This document shows positions 9,653 to 18,194 of a stretch of DNA of 64,000 nucleotides, one piece after another. The first letter of the stretch is position 1. Every line of letters starts with the position of its first letter. The position numbers and the translations under genes were made by a program. The stretch spans positions 36,818 through 100,817 of the forward strand of contig CAADHD010000024.1 in NCBI GenBank assembly GCA_900696575.1. Direction: 5' to 3'. A model generated the notes under the pieces. It did no database searches, had not been told where the DNA came from, and worked only from the letters and a program-made list of their open reading frames with translations. The DNA is from an uncultured Bacteroidota bacterium. Its GTDB lineage: Bacteria; Bacteroidota; Bacteroidia; AKYH767-A; OLB10.

Positions 9653-12600
9653 ATGAAAAATTCAATTACCCAACTTCTGGCAAGTTTATTATTTCTGATC
9701 GTCATTCAGAATCAGCCGGCTTCTGCCCAGCAGTATGTTAAAGACGGTGGAGCTACCAACAACAGCACTTTTTGCCTTGGTGCCACAACCTCATGCAAAA
9801 AAGTTCAATTGCTTTATCTGCCAACTAATTTCATTCCGGCTCCACCATCGGGTTCAATTACAACTATTTATTTTATGTATGGAAGCACAGGAATAGCTCC
9901 TGATTATACTATTACCAACCTTACCATTAAAATGGGGCAGACTACCAATACAGGTTTTGTTCCTGCAACTGATTTTTATACTGGGCTTACTACGGTTTTG
10001 AATGAGGCAACTTATACCATACCTGCAGGTGTACAAGGTGGATGGTTTCCTATCACGTTAACCACTCCATTCCCATACGACAATACACAAACGCTCATTG
10101 TTGAAACTACTCTGGATGCCGGTTCAGTTACCACTTTTGGTTTATTCTGCGGAACAACCATTGCAGGGCAGAAACTTTACTCTGCTTCAACAACAGCAAC
10201 TACCGGAACTGTGAATTCAAACCTGCAGAATTTCGGAATGAACATTTCAACTGCAGCGTGCAGCGGCCAGCCCGCAGGGGGTAGTGCCTCAGCTGCTCAA
10301 AATTCGATTTGTGCCAGTAATTTCACTACCGTAACAGTAAGCGGACAAACCACAGACTTGGATATTACCCTGCAATGGAAGCAATCGTCTGTATCGGGCG
10401 GGCCTTACAGCAATGTTACCGGAGGATCAGGTGCCACAACTGCAACTTACACTACTCCTCCCCTTTCAGCAACTACCTATTATGTATGCGAAGTTACATG
10501 CCTTAACAGCGGATTGAGTTCACTTTCCACTGAAGCGGTTGTTAACGTTAATAATCCGCAGGTGGCTTCTACCACACCGGGTACACGCTGCGGAGCCGGA
10601 ACAGTAACGCTTGGCGCAACGGCAGGTGGTGGAGCCAATACCCTAAACTGGTATCTTGCTCCTTCAGGTGGTACTCCGTTAGGAACAGGAACATCTTTTA
10701 CTACTCCTGTCATTACTCAAACAACCGACTTTTATGTTGGCGCATCCGTTGGCGCTGCTTCTAACGATTCGCTGGCTATTCCGCTTGCATCAGGCAATAC
10801 CACCGGAATTTATCATCACATGTTTTTAGTAACCGCCACTAACGATCTTAATGTTACCGGACTTGCGATTAAAGTGAATGCAGCCATTGGCGCACTTACC
10901 AACTGGGATCTTTATTACCGACCTGATAATTTTACTCAAGTGCCCGGAGCCAATACCTCCTCTGCCGGATGGACACTTATTACAAACGCAACAAACGTTG
11001 TTTCGCTTGGTGCTACGGACTACACATACATCGCTCTTGGGATAAGCATTAACATTCCGAGCGGAGCTACTTACTCGTTTTACGTTGCCCCTGCCGATGC
11101 CAACTCAACCCATCAATACCTCACCTCAGCAGCAAATACTGTTATAGCATCCAATCTGAGTTTAAGCATTAAAGGAGGTTTTCGCGGCACCGGCCTGTTT
11201 AATTGTGTTACCAGCGGAGGATGTCCCACTGCCAAGGTGCTGTACACTACAGGCTGTGAAGGAGTGCGTGTACCGGTAACAGCCACCGTAACGCCTTCAG
11301 ATCCGGTTACGATCAATGCCGGTGCCAATGCCTTATGTCTTGGCCAGTCAACTACATTGACTGCGGTTTCGAACAATTCAAACTACACATTTACCTGGTC
11401 TCCATCAATAGGACTTAGCGGAACAACCGGCTCAACGGTAACGGCACAACCTGTTACTACTGTTACGTATCAGGTTTATGCTGATGACGGGACCTGCGGT
11501 GCTTTGGATACCATTACCATAAGTGTAGGGCCAACATCTGTTGCCGGAACTATCGGTATTACTGCCGATACCATTTGTGCCAACACTACCACTACTCTGT
11601 CGTTAACAGGTACAGTTGGTTCTGTTCAATGGCAAAGCAACACCGGCAGCGGATGGGTAAATGAAACCGGACCGGGTAGCAACTCAACAAGTTATGTGGT
11701 TAGTCCGCTGGTATTTACAGAATACCGGGCAGTAGTAACCAGCGGAGGCTGCGCACCTGACACCAGCGGCACGGTCAATGTTGAGGTACTCACCGTTGCC
11801 GACCCTGTAGTTCAGGATGATTCTATATGCGGGCCCGGAGTTGCCAATCTCGGGGCAACAGGAACAGGAACCATGTATTGGTACACCTCACAAACAGGCG
11901 GAACTCCTGTGGCTTCCGGAAATACATACAATCCGAATGTCAGCGCTACCACTACTTTTTATGTGGAAGCATTATCAGGCGGAGGTACTTATAACATTGG
12001 CGCTCCCAATACATCTATTGGAAATCAGTTGGTAAATGCTTCTAATAACTGGGGATTGGCATTCGATGTTCTGAATCAGGCAACCATTGAAAAAGTAACC
12101 ATTGAGCCGGCACAGACCGGAAATGTAACTCTTAACTTACGCGCATTACAAAACGGTCCCATCTTAAATACCACCACAGTGGCTGTTACGGCATTCAGCA
12201 TTACAACCATTAATCTTGGATGGATTGTAAACCCCGGCACCGGTTACCGCCTTGAACTGGCTCAAGGTAGTGTGCAGTGTTATTACAATTCAACCGGAGC
12301 TGTTTACCCTTACACAACTGCAGGATCTCCTGTTACTATTACCGGCTATTGTAACCCGAATTTCAACAACACCGGAACGCTCTATCTCTATTTTTACAAC
12401 TGGGAAATATCGCAGGGATGCCGCAGCAACCGCGTTCCTGTTACGGCTACAGTTCTTGCTGTTCCGCCAACTCCAACCATCAGTCAAAACGGAAGTCAGT
12501 TGACTTCTTCATCACCCGTAAATAATCAGTGGTACCTGAACGGAAATCCGATTCCCGGTGCCACAGGGCAAATTCATAATGTTACACAGGCCGGAAGTTA

Positions 12601-12928
12601 CACGGTTGTGGTTACCGACCCCGTTACCGGATGCAGCAGTGAATCACAACCTGTTATCATGGTAGGCATAACGGAGAACAATGCATCAGCAGGGATAAGC
12701 ATTTCACCCAATCCTGCCACTCATTATGTTACGGTTTCCATGCTTAATCAAAAAGAACTCATTCAGAAAATAGTTCTGAAAGATGTAACCGGCCGTTTGG
12801 TTAAAGAATTTTCCATCATCAGTCCCTCATTAACGCATTTCCTTGCTATGCCTGAAGCCTCAGGAATCTATATGATGGAAGTATTTACCAACAAATCCGT
12901 TTATACCGGTAAGGTCATCAAACAATAA
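9653..12928 (+). CDS. Large T9SS type A cargo with Ig-like (Ig_7/CHU-associated) repeats
   Basis: Signal peptide; repeats CG.G...L.A......WY....GGT....G..F; RVPVTATV twice; CTD ISISPNPA...LKDVTGRLV...SGIYMMEV. Confidence 0.85.
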   Translation: MKNSITQLLASLLFLIVIQNQPASAQQYVKDGGATNNSTFCLGATTSCKKVQLLYLPTNFIPAPPSGSITTIYFMYGSTGIAPDYTITNLTIKMGQTTNTGFVPATDFYTGLTTVLNEATYTIPAGVQGGWFPITLTTPFPYDNTQTLIVETTLDAGSVTTFGLFCGTTIAGQKLYSASTTATTGTVNSNLQNFGMNISTAACSGQPAGGSASAAQNSICASNFTTVTVSGQTTDLDITLQWKQSSVSGGPYSNVTGGSGATTATYTTPPLSATTYYVCEVTCLNSGLSSLSTEAVVNVNNPQVASTTPGTRCGAGTVTLGATAGGGANTLNWYLAPSGGTPLGTGTSFTTPVITQTTDFYVGASVGAASNDSLAIPLASGNTTGIYHHMFLVTATNDLNVTGLAIKVNAAIGALTNWDLYYRPDNFTQVPGANTSSAGWTLITNATNVVSLGATDYTYIALGISINIPSGATYSFYVAPADANSTHQYLTSAANTVIASNLSLSIKGGFRGTGLFNCVTSGGCPTAKVLYTTGCEGVRVPVTATVTPSDPVTINAGANALCLGQSTTLTAVSNNSNYTFTWSPSIGLSGTTGSTVTAQPVTTVTYQVYADDGTCGALDTITISVGPTSVAGTIGITADTICANTTTTLSLTGTVGSVQWQSNTGSGWVNETGPGSNSTSYVVSPLVFTEYRAVVTSGGCAPDTSGTVNVEVLTVADPVVQDDSICGPGVANLGATGTGTMYWYTSQTGGTPVASGNTYNPNVSATTTFYVEALSGGGTYNIGAPNTSIGNQLVNASNNWGLAFDVLNQATIEKVTIEPAQTGNVTLNLRALQNGPILNTTTVAVTAFSITTINLGWIVNPGTGYRLELAQGSVQCYYNSTGAVYPYTTAGSPVTITGYCNPNFNNTGTLYLYFYNWEISQGCRSNRVPVTATVLAVPPTPTISQNGSQLTSSSPVNNQWYLNGNPIPGATGQIHNVTQAGSYTVVVTDPVTGCSSESQPVIMVGITENNASAGISISPNPATHYVTVSMLNQKELIQKIVLKDVTGRLVKEFSIISPSLTHFLAMPEASGIYMMEVFTNKSVYTGKVIKQ

Positions 12929-12951
12929 TTCATTTAAGATCCTGATTATTT

Positions 12952-12980
12952 GGCGGGACTTGCATCCCGCCTTTTTTTTT
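12952..12980 (+). terminator. Rho-independent terminator
   Basis: ggcggga-cttgca-tcccgcc followed by 9 T. Confidence 0.85.
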
Positions 12981-13000
12981 CCAAATAATTTTACCAGCCT

Positions 13001-13031
13001 GTAACAACAGCCATCCTTCAACCGTCCTATT
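13001..13031 (+). promoter_or_regulatory. Putative ECF sigma-dependent (autoregulatory) promoter, copy 1
   Basis: GTAAC-N16-CCGTCCTA; AAC/CGT is the usual ECF -35/-10 core; repeated at 14698. Confidence 0.7.
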
Positions 13032-13055
13032 CATAAATACCCATACTTTTACCTT

Positions 13056-13541
13056 GTGACTGTAGCTGATTACAACCGTTGTGTGGATGATTATTCCGAT
13101 GGCGTTTACCGTTTTATCCTTCATCATTACCGCGATAAAGATGAAGCCAAAGACATTGTTCAGGATGCCTTTGAGAAGTTGTGGATCAACCATGAAGCCG
13201 TGAATGGAGAAAAAGCAAAGTCGTACTTATTTACAACTGCTTACAGAACCATGATTGACAGGATAAGAAAAAACAAACGCAAAGCAGATTTTGACGAAGT
13301 TAATGAACATGAGTACCTTCATGAACAATCTTACTCAGACATAAAATCAGCCGTTAAAAAAGGGCTTCAACGTTTGCCTGATATTCAGAAAACAGTAATT
13401 ACGCTGCGCGATCTGGAAGGCTACACCTATGAAGAAATCGGAGAAATAACCGGATTAAACGAAACACAGGTGAAAGTTTACATCTACCGCGCCCGTACGG
13501 CTTTGAAAAATTTTATCGGAAGCATTGAAAACTTAGTGTAA
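13056..13541 (+). CDS. ECF-type RNA polymerase sigma-70 factor
   Basis: Region 2 (AKDIVQDAFEKLW, KSYLFTTAYR) and region 4 (LRDLEGYTYEEIGEITG...VKVYIYRAR); GTG start. Confidence 0.95.
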   Translation: MTVADYNRCVDDYSDGVYRFILHHYRDKDEAKDIVQDAFEKLWINHEAVNGEKAKSYLFTTAYRTMIDRIRKNKRKADFDEVNEHEYLHEQSYSDIKSAVKKGLQRLPDIQKTVITLRDLEGYTYEEIGEITGLNETQVKVYIYRARTALKNFIGSIENLV

Positions 13542-14686
13542 TGAACATTAACAGAAAAAACTACGAAGCCTATCTGCTTGACCTGTTGGAAGGCAACCTT
13601 TCGGATAAAGATATGTCAGCATTGATATCCTTTCTCGAAGCCAATCCTGATTTGAAAGAAAATGCTGAACTAGCTGATGCCATTAAGCTGAGCACAGATA
13701 CAGTTCCATTTGAGAGTAAACAAAGCCTTTACCGCGGTGAACTGAATGAACAAAACATTGAATGGTATCTGGCTGCACAGGCTGAAGGCGATACTACAGA
13801 AGATGAAAATGCAGCTATCGGAAAATTTATCCTGTCAAATCCTGTATGGAAAAAGCAGCAACAGTTGTTTTCATTGGCCAGACTTACTGACGATAAATCC
13901 TTACGGCTTGAGGATAGAACTTTACTTTATAGAACAAAAACCGTTTCTGTATTTCAGCGGTGGGCTTTTTACTATGCAGCCGCTGCCGTTATTGCTGTTT
14001 TGCTGATAACCGGATTCCTGCTTTTCAAAGCCAATCAGCCCGCAGAATTCACCGCACAGAATGAAATTCCATCTATTGAATTTAAACCTGATGAACCGGT
14101 CAAATACCTCAGCCATCCTGAAGATTCGCTGCAACCATCCGTAAACCCTGAACAGGCAACTCCAAATGAAAAAACGGAAAAAACAAATCCGCTCAATGCT
14201 AAACCTGTAAAGCCGGTATATCGCATTATGGAAAACCGTCCATGGATTGCTGAAAACACTAACCAGGAAACTGATGAGCAAACTAATCTTTCATCAACAA
14301 AAAACAATGTTACTTCTGAATCCGAACTACAAAAATCAACTGAACAATTTCAGAAGCTTGAAACGATGCGTAATGAAATTGCACAGTTTATTGCCGAAAA
14401 TTCTTCTGCCTTTGTTCCGGAAGCACTTGACAAACTCATTGAACGTATGGCTGACGGTGAAACAGAAATTTCACAGACTGAACTTCAGCAACTATTGGTA
14501 AAACCGCCAACCTTGCAAGCGAGTAATCCTGCCCTTGCGAAAACACCTTTGCTTGATGCCCTGGCATGGTCACTCAATAAAATTTCAGGAAAGAATGTTT
14601 CGCTTGAAAAAAAATTCAACGATGATGGCCGCCTCGTAGCGTATGAACTGGATGCCGGCCTCTTTAAAATCGGAAAAGAAGAATAA
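13541..14686 (+). CDS. Putative anti-sigma factor (single TM)
   Basis: Coupled to the sigma gene by a TAATG overlap; N-terminal NYEAYLLDLLEGNLS helical domain, TM YYAAAAVIAVLLITGFLLF, low-complexity periplasmic linker. Confidence 0.7.
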   Translation: MNINRKNYEAYLLDLLEGNLSDKDMSALISFLEANPDLKENAELADAIKLSTDTVPFESKQSLYRGELNEQNIEWYLAAQAEGDTTEDENAAIGKFILSNPVWKKQQQLFSLARLTDDKSLRLEDRTLLYRTKTVSVFQRWAFYYAAAAVIAVLLITGFLLFKANQPAEFTAQNEIPSIEFKPDEPVKYLSHPEDSLQPSVNPEQATPNEKTEKTNPLNAKPVKPVYRIMENRPWIAENTNQETDEQTNLSSTKNNVTSESELQKSTEQFQKLETMRNEIAQFIAENSSAFVPEALDKLIERMADGETEISQTELQQLLVKPPTLQASNPALAKTPLLDALAWSLNKISGKNVSLEKKFNDDGRLVAYELDAGLFKIGKEE

Positions 14687-14697
14687 TTTTTTCCGGA

Positions 14698-14728
14698 GTA
14701 ACATCAGCATAATCTCATCCGTCCTACT
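14698..14728 (+). promoter_or_regulatory. Putative ECF sigma-dependent promoter, copy 2
   Basis: gtaacatcagcataatctcatccgtcctact, same spacing as the 13001 copy. Confidence 0.7.
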
Positions 14729-14740
14729 AAAAAACAAGCA

Positions 14741-16150
14741 ATGAAAAAAATATTTTTAGCAGGCTATATGGTAGCCATCACCTTCAGCGCCTTTGCTCAG
14801 GAAACAGAAATTCGGCAGGCATCGTTCAGCAAAATTGTCATTAACGGAAAAGCTACTGTCATCCTTAAACAAGGAGAAGTATCGCAGTATTCATACAGCG
14901 ATGAACGAGTAAAGCCGGAAATCAAAAATGATAAATTGGTTATCAATGGCGGGCCTGGAACCGTTGAAGTAACTGTAAAGGAGCTTTCTCTCATTGATAT
15001 TCCGGGCGATGGCACAGTGATAAGTGAAGAATTATTTTCTGCCGGCAATTTAAGATTTGACATTTCAGGTTCAGGAAAAATTACATTCAACAATCTGCAA
15101 ACCGGTGAACTGAAAGCAAACATCAGCGGAATTGGGAAACTTAAACTAAGCGGAGAAGCCAAACTCGTTGAGCTCAACATCAGCGGATCAGGTAAAGCAG
15201 ATGCCCTTGCATTCAAAACAAATACTCTCACCACCAACATCAGCGGTGCCGGTAAAATTTCTATGGATGTAACCGATGAACTGAATGCAAATATCAGCGG
15301 CTCAGGCTCTGTTAACTATGTAAATACACCGGCTAAAATCACACGAAGTATTTCAGGCATTGGAAAAATAGGATCTGCTTCTGGCAGTGAGTCATCATCC
15401 AAAAGCGATTCTGTTGAAGTAAATGTTGGCAATAAAAAAATCACGGTTGTTGATAATGACGGCAGCACCACGGTAAATGTTAATTCAGGAAATAAAAAAG
15501 TGGTTTCCTATTCTAAAATTCAAACCGTGCAGCCTCATTGGGGAGGGTTTGAATTAGGATTCAATCAACTGTTTTCAGAACCATTTAATACTGATATGTC
15601 TTCCGGCTATGAATACCTTGAGCTGAACAGCGGTAAATCCATTGCCATAAATCTGAATCTCTTTGACCATGGATTTAAAATTTCCAGGCATCATCTTCAA
15701 TTGGTAACAGGCTTAGGAATTACCTGGAACAACTGGCGTTTTCAAAATGATGTTTACTTGGTTCCCAATCAAACACAACTTACCGGTATGATTGATTCGG
15801 TTTCTATGCGCAAAAGCAAACTTACCGCTTCGTATGCTACCCTTCCTCTTTTGATTGAATTTAACTCGCATGAGATGGAAAGAAAATCCTTTCATATAGC
15901 CGCAGGTATTATTGGCGGATACAGAATCGGCACACACACTAAACGTGTTTACACTGAGAACAACAAAAAACGTAAGATTAAGGACTATGATGATTTCAGT
16001 CTTGATACATTCCGTGCTGACGCAACTGTAAGAATCGGTTACCGCGGTTTTACACTTTTTGCAAGTTACGGCCTGATGCCGCTGTTCAAAACAAGCCAGG
16101 CTCCCGATTTGAAACCCTTCACAGTGGGTGTTGCATTGCTGAATTGGTAA
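14741..16150 (+). CDS. GIN/DUF2807 beta-helix fused to an outer-membrane beta-barrel domain
   Basis: Signal peptide, repeated ISGSG/ISGIG/ISGAG beta-helix motifs, C-terminal barrel (HWGGFELGFN...LPLLIEF...RIGY..FTLF..Y...PLF). Confidence 0.8.
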   Translation: MKKIFLAGYMVAITFSAFAQETEIRQASFSKIVINGKATVILKQGEVSQYSYSDERVKPEIKNDKLVINGGPGTVEVTVKELSLIDIPGDGTVISEELFSAGNLRFDISGSGKITFNNLQTGELKANISGIGKLKLSGEAKLVELNISGSGKADALAFKTNTLTTNISGAGKISMDVTDELNANISGSGSVNYVNTPAKITRSISGIGKIGSASGSESSSKSDSVEVNVGNKKITVVDNDGSTTVNVNSGNKKVVSYSKIQTVQPHWGGFELGFNQLFSEPFNTDMSSGYEYLELNSGKSIAINLNLFDHGFKISRHHLQLVTGLGITWNNWRFQNDVYLVPNQTQLTGMIDSVSMRKSKLTASYATLPLLIEFNSHEMERKSFHIAAGIIGGYRIGTHTKRVYTENNKKRKIKDYDDFSLDTFRADATVRIGYRGFTLFASYGLMPLFKTSQAPDLKPFTVGVALLNW

Positions 16151-16224
16151 ACTATTTCTGACTCCGGTTAGGTGAATTCCTCCGGTTATTGACCGGAGAT
16201 TTTTCATTTACCACCTTTGCGCAC

Positions 16225-18120
16225 ATGTGTGGAATTAACGGCTTTTTTAATTATTCAAATCAAAACATAATAGATGCTGATGCGCTTATTCAGAAAATGA
16301 ATCGTTGCCTTACTCATCGCGGCCCTGACGGAACAGGTATATGGAAGTATGAAAAAGACAGGATTTATCTCGGCCATCAGCGCCTGAGCATTATTGACCT
16401 GAGTACCGAAGCTGCCCAACCTATGCTTTCTGATTCAGGAAATGTAATTGTTTTTAACGGAGAGATTTACAACTACAAAGAACTGAGGAAGCATACCGGC
16501 CGTAATCATTTCAAAAGCAAAAGCGATACGGAAGTACTGCTTTACTTGTACGAAAAATACGGGACAAATTGCCTGCAACTGCTTGACGGCATGTTTGCTT
16601 TTGCATTATGGGATAACGCAAGAAAAGAATTATTCATTGCACGCGACCGAGCCGGTGAGAAACCGTTTTACTATTCGTTGCAAAACGGGATTTTTTCTTT
16701 CTCTTCCGAAATAAAATCATTGCTTGAGCTTCCGTGGATGAAACCACATCTTGATGAAACTGCTTTCTATCACTTCCTCACCTTTAATCAGCTTGCTCCG
16801 CCCTTTACCATGTTTAAAGGAATTGAAAAGCTGCCTCCGGCCTCCATAATGACGGTGAAAAGCAACGGAACTTTTGACATCACACCTTATTGGGAAGTGA
16901 GTTATGAAAACCGTAAGACAAAGACAGAAGAAAACTGGGAGATTGAAACTTATCAGGTTTTTGAACAATCGGTAAAAAGCCGGATGGTAAGTGATGTTCC
17001 TGTAGGCGCATTCCTGAGCGGAGGTGTTGACAGCAGCGCAGTGGTAGCTCACATGAGCCGCATCAGTCCTTACAAAATCAAAACCTACAGCATTGGGTTC
17101 GAAAATCAGCCGGCTTATGATGAATTGGAATATGCCCGAAAAATTTCTGCCATGTTCAATACAGAACATTTTGAAAAAACCGTAACCGCTCAGGAGATTG
17201 CTGATTTTGTTCCTCGCATGGCCGATATTTTTGATGAGCCGCTGGCCGATCCGACCTGCATTCCGATTTATTTCATTTCGCAGAAAGCGCGCAGCGAAGG
17301 AACCATTGTGGTCTTGACAGGAGATGGCAGTGATGAAATTTATGCCGGCTATCGAAATTACCTTCGTTATCTGAAATTCTATCCCGCATATCACCGATAC
17401 ATGAAGCTGCCCGGGTTTATAAAACGAATTGCAGCGCATATTTCACAACTTAAAGATGAAACTTCACCGGTGGGTGAAATGCTGAGCCGGGCAGCATTGA
17501 ATCAGGAATTTTTCTGGGGCTCGGCACGCAGCTTTAAAGAAAGCGCTAAAAAGAAATTTTTAAGTAAAAATTTCCGAGAACGTTCGCATTCACTAAGTTC
17601 ATATCAGCTAATTCAGATGTACAGGAGTATGTATGAAAAGGTAAAGCCGGTAAATGCCACTGACCTTGACTGGATGTGTTATCTCGGTTTTAAAATGAAT
17701 GACCCGAACCGTTATCTTACACGTGCTGATAAACTCGGTATGGCTAATTCTGTGGAAACCCGCGCTCCGTTTATGAGCCATCATGTGGTGAATCATGCCC
17801 TGAACATTCCCGCTCAATTGAAAATGAAAAACGGTGAGCCTAAATACATTCTTAAAAAATCATTGGAAAAAATTCTGCCTCATGAAATCCTGTACCGTAA
17901 AAAAATGGGATTCTCTGTACCACTTCGCGAATGGGCCGGAGGATATATGAGTGATTATGTGGAACAGAATCTGAAAAGCTTTGCTTCTGACACCGGACTG
18001 TTTGATGCCAATGGTCTTACTGAATTAATCCGGCAGATTAAAGCCGGCAGTAAAAGCAATGTGAACGATTTATTTACGCTCTACTTTCTGATGGCGTGGT
18101 TCAGGAGGTGGTTAAAATAG
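16225..18120 (+). CDS. asnB: Asparagine synthase (glutamine-hydrolysing) family amidotransferase
   Basis: N-terminal MCGI, HRGPD, FNGEIYNY, LSGGVDSS, VLTGDGSDE, RKKMGF. Confidence 0.9.
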   Translation: MCGINGFFNYSNQNIIDADALIQKMNRCLTHRGPDGTGIWKYEKDRIYLGHQRLSIIDLSTEAAQPMLSDSGNVIVFNGEIYNYKELRKHTGRNHFKSKSDTEVLLYLYEKYGTNCLQLLDGMFAFALWDNARKELFIARDRAGEKPFYYSLQNGIFSFSSEIKSLLELPWMKPHLDETAFYHFLTFNQLAPPFTMFKGIEKLPPASIMTVKSNGTFDITPYWEVSYENRKTKTEENWEIETYQVFEQSVKSRMVSDVPVGAFLSGGVDSSAVVAHMSRISPYKIKTYSIGFENQPAYDELEYARKISAMFNTEHFEKTVTAQEIADFVPRMADIFDEPLADPTCIPIYFISQKARSEGTIVVLTGDGSDEIYAGYRNYLRYLKFYPAYHRYMKLPGFIKRIAAHISQLKDETSPVGEMLSRAALNQEFFWGSARSFKESAKKKFLSKNFRERSHSLSSYQLIQMYRSMYEKVKPVNATDLDWMCYLGFKMNDPNRYLTRADKLGMANSVETRAPFMSHHVVNHALNIPAQLKMKNGEPKYILKKSLEKILPHEILYRKKMGFSVPLREWAGGYMSDYVEQNLKSFASDTGLFDANGLTELIRQIKAGSKSNVNDLFTLYFLMAWFRRWLK

Positions 18121-18194
18121 TTTAGGCCAGCTTGCGGCTGACTGAATTTATCATGCGAAAAACTGATTACTGCAAATCCCGGTACAATTTTTAA

